The notes under the pieces: generated by a model | What the model saw: only the letters and a program-made list of their open reading frames with translations | What the model was told of the DNA's origin: nothing | The model's database searches: none | Program-made: the position numbers and the translations under genes | Shown: positions 56,927 to 64,000 of the stretch, piece after piece | Layout of the letters: each line of letters opens with the position of its first letter | How positions within the stretch are numbered: the stretch's first letter is position 1 | Virus record (IMG/VR): IMGVR_UViG_3300037572_000374 | Location: 14,506-78,505 of that record | Source: a virus | Strand: one strand, 5' to 3' | DNA: 64,000 bases

Positions 56927-57670
56927 ATGACAATAAACATAACACAAATAAAAGACTTGTTGAATAGTAAACTAACTGTAGTACAGAGAGGTTTGCTAAT
57001 CACAATTCTTCTAGTAAAGGATACCAAGCCAGAATATACATTAGCCAAGTTGAAGTCAGAGATTAAGATAAAGGAATACTACCAAGATCTAATCACACTT
57101 CATGAAGCTGAGTATATAGTATGGAGTGGATATGCAGCTGCAAAAAGATCGTTGAATGAAAAAGATGATCCTAATGTAGCTGAAGTAATTATATTTATGA
57201 ATAAGTTGTATGGAAGAAATTTCAACCCTGATTCTAAATATGCAACAAAAGGACTCAGAGAAAGATTAACAGAACATTCAGTAGAAGATATCAAAGCTGT
57301 AGTAGCAAATAGATATGTAGAGTGGAAGGATGATGCAGTAATGGAAAAGCACTTGAATCCAACTACAATATTTAGACCTAGTAAGTTTGATAAATATATT
57401 GAAGAAGCCAAGAGAACGAATAAAGGAGAGTCTTTATTATTGGCTGACAAAATTAATCTAACACATGGGACAGAGATTGAATTCTCAATGAGTGAACACT
57501 TATTGGATAAAGATGTATATGCAATTAAAACATATGACTTAGACAAAACTGGAAACAGAACGACAAGTGGAATGTTTAGTAAAGTATATGGAAAAGACCT
57601 TAAAAAGATGTTAAAAGCTCAACAAGGAAAACAATCAAAGGAGAATGAGTTTATTTACCAAGAACAATAG
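56927..57670 (+). CDS. Replication initiator-like protein (conserved phage C-terminal domain)
   Basis: W.DDAVMEKHLNPTTIFRPSKFDKY; precedes helicase. Confidence 0.65.
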   Translation: MTINITQIKDLLNSKLTVVQRGLLITILLVKDTKPEYTLAKLKSEIKIKEYYQDLITLHEAEYIVWSGYAAAKRSLNEKDDPNVAEVIIFMNKLYGRNFNPDSKYATKGLRERLTEHSVEDIKAVVANRYVEWKDDAVMEKHLNPTTIFRPSKFDKYIEEAKRTNKGESLLLADKINLTHGTEIEFSMSEHLLDKDVYAIKTYDLDKTGNRTTSGMFSKVYGKDLKKMLKAQQGKQSKENEFIYQEQ

Positions 57671-57673
57671 GAT

Positions 57674-59563
57674 ATGATATTAGATAAAAAAGTAAGTTTC
57701 TTTAAGACTACCAAACACACTGATGTGCTAGGAAATTTTCCTATCAGTCAGGCCCTACAATATATTAAGGGAGGTAAGTTCAGAGAGAAGATTGACAAGG
57801 TGAGAGCTGGTCAAAAAGTATTTAAGACTCAGCTTCCAACTGTTGCAATGCATGGTATTTTTTCTCATGAGAGAAAGAAGGATCAATTTGTTGAAGCAAG
57901 TGGACTGATCATATTAGACATTGATGATGTAGATGTTGATAAGTTAGAAGAGATTAAACAAGAGATAATGGATGACTCCAACTCAGTAGTTGCTGTGATG
58001 GTTTCTCCTTCAGGTAATGGAATCAAAGTTTTGTATTACATTGAACCAGATTTAATCACTGCAGATAATTATAGACAGATTGGAAAGCAATTGGTACAAG
58101 ATTTTATGATCTATGGAGATGTAGATTATTTATCAGTAACAGATTGTTTGATTATGACTTACGATCCAAACATACTAATAAATGAATTGGCTGAGCCAGA
58201 TCAAATATTGGTAGAGGAGAAACAAGTAATTGTTGGAGAATTAGAACCTAAGGATCCAAACAGAAAAGTTTGGGATGATGCTGAAGAATTTTTTGAAACA
58301 GTACTTGCAAATAATATAGAAGAGAAGACAAATAATAACTTCCACTACATTCAAGTTGCAATATTGGATCTAAAGAAATTTGGATTTGAACATCCTAAAG
58401 AAGACTTAACTTTTGTAATAGATTTTGCTGAAGCATGCTTCAAGAGATCAGCTGACAATAAACAGCGATTCTTAGAAGTAGTTGAATTGAGTAAGTCTTA
58501 TCAACAAACTCAATGGCCTTATAAGTCAGAGAGAGAAGTTGTAGAAGAAGTTGAGAGTATTGATTACAGTCAATACCAAGATGATGAAGAGGGAGTGTCT
58601 CATATAGTAGACGAAGATGGAACAGAGATAGAGGTAGAAGAAAGTGGATTAATTAATTATGAAGGACTATTTGAAAATGTAGTTGAAGTAATTAAAGAAG
58701 GTGATAGAGTAGGATTCGAAACATCACACAAAGCATTTTCAGACATCTTTAGATTCAAAGGTTCGGGGATCCTAACTGTCACTGGTATTCCAGGACATGG
58801 TAAGACTGAATTTGTTGATAGCTGTATTCTTGATTTGGCTAGATTGCATGGACATGAAAGTATTGTGTGTGGATTTGAACAAACTCCTGAAGAGCACATT
58901 ATTAAATTATCAAGAAAGTTAATTGGAACTGATGTAACTTGTAAGACTTGGTTTAATGAAAACAATATGCCTACATTAACGAATGCATATAGATTCATTA
59001 CATCTAAGATTAAACATATTAACTCTGACAAGGTTGGAGGAGATGTGATTAAGATTCTAGAGATTGCAGCACAACAAGTAGCTGAGTCAAGAGCCAATGG
59101 AGGAGATCCAAAGTATCTTGTAATTGATCCATTCAACATGCTAAGCATTAAAGGTAAGTTTAATGGACATGAAAAGATTGAAGAAATCTTGAGAAGACTA
59201 ACACAATTTTCTCATCAGATGAAGATGATGGTTATTTTAGTAGCCCATCCATTTAAGATGAGAAAGGATGAAAAGACTGGAAACTATGAAGTACCAGATT
59301 TTTATTCTGTAAAGGGATCCTCAGCATTTTTTGAAATGTCTTATCATGGATTAGTCGTTTACAGATCACCAGGTCAAGTACTTGTAAGAGTATTGAAAGT
59401 TAAACAAAACAACTTAGGTAGAGCAGGAGCTGAGGTGTACTTTGATTATGAAAGAGCACCAGGTCGTTATATACCAAAAGATGAAGAAGGTAATGAACTT
59501 GGAGGAGATCACAGAAGTAAAGACTGGTTAACAGATGTATTAAAAAAAGAGAATAAATTATGA
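57674..59563 (+). CDS. Primase-helicase (BT4734/VirE-N-like primase plus SF4 helicase)
   Basis: LIILDIDD and SPSGNGIKV; TGIPGHGKT, VIDPFN, LVAHP.K, VKGS. Confidence 0.8.
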   Translation: MILDKKVSFFKTTKHTDVLGNFPISQALQYIKGGKFREKIDKVRAGQKVFKTQLPTVAMHGIFSHERKKDQFVEASGLIILDIDDVDVDKLEEIKQEIMDDSNSVVAVMVSPSGNGIKVLYYIEPDLITADNYRQIGKQLVQDFMIYGDVDYLSVTDCLIMTYDPNILINELAEPDQILVEEKQVIVGELEPKDPNRKVWDDAEEFFETVLANNIEEKTNNNFHYIQVAILDLKKFGFEHPKEDLTFVIDFAEACFKRSADNKQRFLEVVELSKSYQQTQWPYKSEREVVEEVESIDYSQYQDDEEGVSHIVDEDGTEIEVEESGLINYEGLFENVVEVIKEGDRVGFETSHKAFSDIFRFKGSGILTVTGIPGHGKTEFVDSCILDLARLHGHESIVCGFEQTPEEHIIKLSRKLIGTDVTCKTWFNENNMPTLTNAYRFITSKIKHINSDKVGGDVIKILEIAAQQVAESRANGGDPKYLVIDPFNMLSIKGKFNGHEKIEEILRRLTQFSHQMKMMVILVAHPFKMRKDEKTGNYEVPDFYSVKGSSAFFEMSYHGLVVYRSPGQVLVRVLKVKQNNLGRAGAEVYFDYERAPGRYIPKDEEGNELGGDHRSKDWLTDVLKKENKL

Positions 59564-59639
59564 AGAATAAAATAAGTGGCCATAGATTTGGCTTGATATT
59601 ATTAATGGGACTTTTGGGTCTTTTATTACTAGCAATATA

Positions 59640-60011
59640 ATGAATGATACAGATTTAATATATGACGAAGAGTCATCGGAAGAAAGAATGAAAGCAATTG
59701 GACAGAATGGTAACACTGGAGAGCATTATGCAAATATTGATGCAGTTCTTAGTAAAACATTTGACAAAGAGCCAACTTGGACACATACTATTACAAAGGG
59801 AGATCAAAGAACAATGAGCCAAGCGGTAAGTGGTTCGACAGCAATTGCAAATGAACAACAATTGCCTGATGCAAGAAAGCATCAAATCATTTCATTCATT
59901 AAGTCAGGAGTAAGATTATTTGGATACGTACTATTACCATTTGATATAGTAGCAGCAACAGTAATTTTATTCATGAGTGAAGTAATAGGAATTTTGGAAG
60001 AATTAGTTTAA
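59640..60011 (+). CDS. Hypothetical protein with C-terminal TM segments
   Basis: ORF track. Confidence 0.55.
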   Translation: MNDTDLIYDEESSEERMKAIGQNGNTGEHYANIDAVLSKTFDKEPTWTHTITKGDQRTMSQAVSGSTAIANEQQLPDARKHQIISFIKSGVRLFGYVLLPFDIVAATVILFMSEVIGILEELV

Positions 60012-60160
60012 AATAAATAAAAAAACACAATGGCATTAAATACACATCAAAGAAAAAGAAAAGGAATACATTCAAAGAATGCATCAAAAGGTCAGACTAA
60101 ATACAAACAAAAGTATAGAGGACAAGGTAAAAAATAATTAATCTAATAACATAGAATAAA

Positions 60161-60349
60161 ATGTCAAAAGTAGAATTAAGTACATACACACCAGAAGAAA
60201 TAATTGCAATCATGAATACAGAAGTTAATTTCGAAGAAGTGGTGGATGAACAATTAGTTGATGATCTAATTATGATAGCAGGATATACAGAAGAAGAGGC
60301 AAGAGCGGCTGCTAAAGATATCAAGAAAGAAGATCAAATTAAATTTTAA
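60161..60349 (+). CDS. Hypothetical acidic protein
   Basis: ORF track. Confidence 0.5.
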   Translation: MSKVELSTYTPEEIIAIMNTEVNFEEVVDEQLVDDLIMIAGYTEEEARAAAKDIKKEDQIKF

Positions 60350-60370
60350 TTAAAAATAAATTGGATTATC

Positions 60371-60402
60371 GTTGTGAGAACTATACAAAGAGAGTATCTT
60401 TA
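60371..60402 (+). promoter_or_regulatory. sigmaA-type promoter motif (drives the RNAP operon)
   Basis: GTTGTG..GAGTATCTTTA. Confidence 0.65.
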
Positions 60403-60442
60403 TGACATCAATAAATTATAAACCAATTTAAAAATTAAAATT

Positions 60443-60670
60443 ATGAAGTACACATCAACATTATCACAGATTGCAGAACAAGTTTTTACAGCAACAACAG
60501 TAGGTCAAGCCAAAAGTATTGTAACAAATCACATTGGAGACACAAAAATTAAAGATGCTGATAAGAATTTAATTATCAAGAATGTGAATGAATTGAAATC
60601 TTTAGTAAGAGTACAAACTTATTTATGTAACTCTTTATTGAAGTTTGAAGGATTAGGATTGAATTATTAA
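60443..60670 (+). CDS. Hypothetical protein
   Basis: ORF track. Confidence 0.6.
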   Translation: MKYTSTLSQIAEQVFTATTVGQAKSIVTNHIGDTKIKDADKNLIIKNVNELKSLVRVQTYLCNSLLKFEGLGLNY

Positions 60671-60872
60671 CATTTAAAACAAATATATGAAACAACAAAA
60701 AGAACAACCAGTGGAGGAAAAAGTAGAGCCAACAGAAATGGTTTTGCCTTTGGAATTAGCTCAAGCTCTATTGAATTATTTAGGTAGCAAACCTTATAGT
60801 GAAGTTGCAGGATTAGTTAATGGAATACAAGATTCAAAATTACAGTAGTATTAATATTAAAAAAGAAAAATT

Positions 60873-61313
60873 ATGATAGTAAAGATTGTTTTAACAACAG
60901 TAGTACTTGGAGCGTTTTTAGGTTTAGTAATAGACTTATACAAGCAGATTCAATTGAACAAAGTGGCTTATCTTAAAAATGATTTGTCAAATGATTATAC
61001 AAGATGGGAAGCAAGTGACCTTGCTATAGCAGCATTCGTTGGATTAGTTGCCTCAAAAGAAGTAAGATTGAGTGATGAATTCCAAGCTGTAATTTATGCA
61101 GTACTTAAAAGAAGTGAAAGAGCAGTTGATGAAAAGATTAGAAGAGTATCTACAATAGGTTCTGAAAAATCAGATGCATCAGTAGCTGACCAAGATGCAG
61201 CATTCTTAGTATTGAGTTATGAAAAGTCAGTAGCAAAGGATATGTTTGAATTAGACTTACAAGTGTCTGGAGCAAGCAACAAGCAGATTGAGACTCTAAT
61301 GTCTTACTTATAG
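60873..61313 (+). CDS. N-terminally anchored membrane protein
   Basis: ORF track, TM helix. Confidence 0.55.
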   Translation: MIVKIVLTTVVLGAFLGLVIDLYKQIQLNKVAYLKNDLSNDYTRWEASDLAIAAFVGLVASKEVRLSDEFQAVIYAVLKRSERAVDEKIRRVSTIGSEKSDASVADQDAAFLVLSYEKSVAKDMFELDLQVSGASNKQIETLMSYL

Positions 61314-61360
61314 TTTTAAACAACAACACAATTATTAATAACATTAATACCAACTGCCCG

Positions 61361-63715
61361 ATGGAGAATAATGAACAAAAAATGAAAGCCCAAGGTGTGG
61401 CTAAAGTCTACAAAGACATCCTTACCAAAGCTGGAAACAATAAGAGCGTTTCTTCAACTCAGGTTGGACAACAAATGTTATTTAATGAAGCCTTGAGGAT
61501 CTATCCTGAGGTATTGGATTGGATCGATAACAAGTGTGCCAACATGCACAGAACTAAAATAAAAGAGTACTTCTCAACTAAAGAAATTTTGGTTGAGAAG
61601 ATTACTCAAACTCTTTTATTCTTGTCAGGTCAGGTTCACTATGGAGAAGATCATGACAAAGGACTTCGTTCCAAGTCTCGACACAAGAGTGTGGCTGCAC
61701 TTTGCAAAAAAGTTATGCCAGAATTGGAGTGGGAGAATACGTATAGATTTGTAGAGATTGTTGTAGAAGCATCTCAATACTATACAAAATCATCAAAGCC
61801 TGCTCACAAAGGAGAGGCTTATAATGTTAAGATGAACTATGAGTCTACACTAAGCTGTCAGATACTAGAGAAACTTGCAGAGAAGGCTTTAAAGGCATTC
61901 TATCCAATGCCAACGACTGAGAAGCCATTGGACTGGAATATCAATGCAGAGAACAAAGCTGTAGGTGGATATGATGAAACTGTGGGTGGATATAAAACTC
62001 ATCAGTTTAAATTGATACGTCAAGATGAAAGGTTGGTAGATTATTCTAAGATATCTCAAGAGGTATTGGATTCAATCAACTACATACAGTCAACACCATG
62101 GATAGTTAATAAACCTATGTTAGAGGTTGTTGAGAGAGATTTGAAGATTCCAGTAAGAGAAGACTTTGTTAAATTAGAATATCCAGATCATACTGAATGT
62201 CAATATGAGATTGATCTTAAAGACGAAGAAGTAAAGAAGACTTTGGATAACAAGTTTATAGAAGAGTTGATCATTACAAGAAATCAATATCAAGATCAGA
62301 TTCAATTATATAGAGCTGAGGCTTCAGACTTTGAAAGTGAATTAGGAAAGTATAGAGCCATCAAACTAGCTTTGAAGATTGCAAATGATTATAAGGATGA
62401 GGAAGAAATTTACTTTCCACATTCGTTTGACTTTAGAGGTAGAGTTTATCCATTACCAATTGGATTAAGTCCTCAGGGTTCAGATGCAGTGAAGTCTTTA
62501 TTGTTGTATAAGAATGGTGAAGTACTTAATAGGAATGGTGCTGAGTGGGGATTTGCTTACTTGGCTTCATTATATGGAGAAGACAAATTGGACTTCTTAG
62601 ATCGTGTTGAAATGGGTATGAGTCTTATGGAAGCAGATTATAAACAAGCTGATGAGCCATATCAATTCCTAGCACATCAACTATTACTTAAAGAGGTAGT
62701 TGAAGATCCTTCAATAGAATTTAGAGGTAGAATACATTTAGATGCTTGTAATAGTGGATCACAATTCACTTCAGCAATTACTGGAGATCTTTCTGGATGC
62801 TTAGCAACAAATGTAATTCCTTCGTTTGAAGATAACAGACAAGTTAGAAAGGATGCTTACTTATTAGTAGCAGAGAGAGCTTTGGAGTTATGTAAGAAGA
62901 AAATATCTAAGGCTGGAGATAGAAAGACTAAACAGATGTTTGAATTCTTTTATGAATTACTAACTACCAATGGAAGAAAGATTTGTAAGGTGCCAGTAAT
63001 GGTTTCTAATTATGGTGGAACGATGGGAGGAAGAACTGAGATTCTTTGGAATATGTTTAGAGAGTTGAAGGTAGATAGAAAATGGATCACTAAGAAAGTT
63101 GCAGCACAGTTTAGTAAGTTGATAGGAGATTCAATTACTGGAACTCTTAAAGGTGGTAAGGCATTTGAAACTTATATTCACAAGATGAATAATTTAGTTG
63201 CTATGAATAATAGACACGTTGAATGGACTACAAGTGATGGGTTTAGAATTGTGCATGTTAAGAATAAAGAACTAAAACCTAAACAAGTAACAGTGATGCT
63301 TCCAGCATCAAGAAAATCTACTGTCATCATCAAGAGAAGATGGAGCGACAGTGTATCAGTTGCTAAGATGAAGTTGGCAATTAGTCCTAATTATATACAT
63401 TCATTAGATGCAGAGTTGCTTAGAAGAGTTGCTTTGAGAATGAAGGAGGAAGGAATTGTTGATTCAGATTGGATACATGATTCATTTGGATGTCATCCAA
63501 ACTATGTTGAGTTGATGTTAGACATAACGAAAGAGGAGTTTGGAGATTTAGTTATGAGGGATCCTTTGAGTGTACTTGATAGTGAATTGAGATCTCAGAT
63601 GATTATGAATGATAAGACCATAGATGGATTGTCTCAGTGTGACATTCCAAGATTGAACGAATTCGAGATGAAGGATATTGAAAAGGTATGGACTTCAGAT
63701 TGGTTCTTTAGTTAA
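61361..63715 (+). CDS. Single-subunit T7-like DNA-directed RNA polymerase
   Basis: FDFRGRVYP, PQGSD, motif A DACNSGSQ, motif B RKICKVPVMVSNYG, PNYIHSLDA, motif C IHDSFG. Confidence 0.95.
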   Translation: MENNEQKMKAQGVAKVYKDILTKAGNNKSVSSTQVGQQMLFNEALRIYPEVLDWIDNKCANMHRTKIKEYFSTKEILVEKITQTLLFLSGQVHYGEDHDKGLRSKSRHKSVAALCKKVMPELEWENTYRFVEIVVEASQYYTKSSKPAHKGEAYNVKMNYESTLSCQILEKLAEKALKAFYPMPTTEKPLDWNINAENKAVGGYDETVGGYKTHQFKLIRQDERLVDYSKISQEVLDSINYIQSTPWIVNKPMLEVVERDLKIPVREDFVKLEYPDHTECQYEIDLKDEEVKKTLDNKFIEELIITRNQYQDQIQLYRAEASDFESELGKYRAIKLALKIANDYKDEEEIYFPHSFDFRGRVYPLPIGLSPQGSDAVKSLLLYKNGEVLNRNGAEWGFAYLASLYGEDKLDFLDRVEMGMSLMEADYKQADEPYQFLAHQLLLKEVVEDPSIEFRGRIHLDACNSGSQFTSAITGDLSGCLATNVIPSFEDNRQVRKDAYLLVAERALELCKKKISKAGDRKTKQMFEFFYELLTTNGRKICKVPVMVSNYGGTMGGRTEILWNMFRELKVDRKWITKKVAAQFSKLIGDSITGTLKGGKAFETYIHKMNNLVAMNNRHVEWTTSDGFRIVHVKNKELKPKQVTVMLPASRKSTVIIKRRWSDSVSVAKMKLAISPNYIHSLDAELLRRVALRMKEEGIVDSDWIHDSFGCHPNYVELMLDITKEEFGDLVMRDPLSVLDSELRSQMIMNDKTIDGLSQCDIPRLNEFEMKDIEKVWTSDWFFS

Positions 63716-63755
63716 TATACAATATACGTTATCGGGCAGGTGACGTTTTAAAATT

Positions 63756-63790
63756 AGGCTCTACAGAAATGTAGGGTCTTTTTTTTGTTT
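63756..63790 (+). terminator. Rho-independent terminator
   Basis: AGGCTCTACA-GAAA-TGTAGGGTCT followed by T run. Confidence 0.75.
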
Positions 63791-63804
63791 TTTTTAAAAA
63801 AATA

Positions 63805-63835
63805 GTTGCTCATATATATTAAAAGAGTATCTTTA
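63805..63835 (+). promoter_or_regulatory. sigmaA-type promoter motif
   Basis: GTTGCT..GAGTATCTTTA. Confidence 0.65.
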
Positions 63836-63886
63836 TGACGCAGTAAGGATATCTAATTTTACTCTGTTAAGTATCAGAGGATTAGT

Positions 63887-63906
63887 TAACCTTCATATAA
63901 TAGAAG
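63887..63906 (+). promoter_or_regulatory. Candidate phage RNAP promoter, copy 4
   Basis: TAACCTTCATATAATAGAAG; about 50 bp near-identical to copy 3. Confidence 0.75.
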
Positions 63907-64000
63907 ATAAAGTCGTTTTGATAAAACAAATGACCGTTTATCAAATAGTTTTTTTATCTTAAAAATTCTTAGAGCAATATTGCTCGCACAATCCATTTAA

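Noticed and set aside
6883-61353. Numerous minus-strand ORFs in the track (e.g. 13727-14020, 17047-17388, 57100-57546, 58657-59148)
   Set aside because: Antisense shadows of well-supported plus-strand genes, with no motifs or start context.
1-64000. Prophage or host chromosome context
   Set aside because: No integrase, repressor or host housekeeping synteny; recA, nrdAB and folE sit in phage-type operons with phage motifs.

Overview
About 64 kb of an AT-rich, apparently lytic tailed dsDNA phage of a Bacteroidota (Flavobacteriaceae-like) host. Host inference: A-rich start regions without Shine-Dalgarno sites, and TTG-N~20-TAnnTTT promoters. Layout: (1) 0.6-6.5 kb, leftward accessory/early region; (2) 6.8-27.3 kb, siphovirus-like virion and lysis genes (tape measure, ClpP-type protease/scaffold, capsid, tail tube, fibres, M15 endolysin; no portal or terminase recognised here); (3) 28-35 kb, 7-deazaguanine DNA-modification cluster (queD, queE, flavodoxin, folE, MazG-like, DpdL-like, kinase, DpdA-like; no queC); (4) 35-60 kb, replication, recombination and nucleotide metabolism (two-piece DnaE, SbcCD, RecA, RuvC-like, SNF2 helicase, RNase H, PRTase, NrdAB, primase-helicase); (5) a T7-like single-subunit RNA polymerase. 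Most striking observations: an integron-like array of tiny gene cassettes separated by attC-like hairpins (914-2580), inserted inside what looks like one ~0.5 kb structured non-coding RNA whose halves base-pair across the insert; four identical copies of a 20-mer candidate phage RNAP promoter; a DnaE split just before its catalytic PDID motif and capped by non-catalytic intein(Hint)-like segments; and roughly 10-fold enrichment of GGATCC, with no GATC at all in apparently imported modules. Counts and alignments were made by eye.
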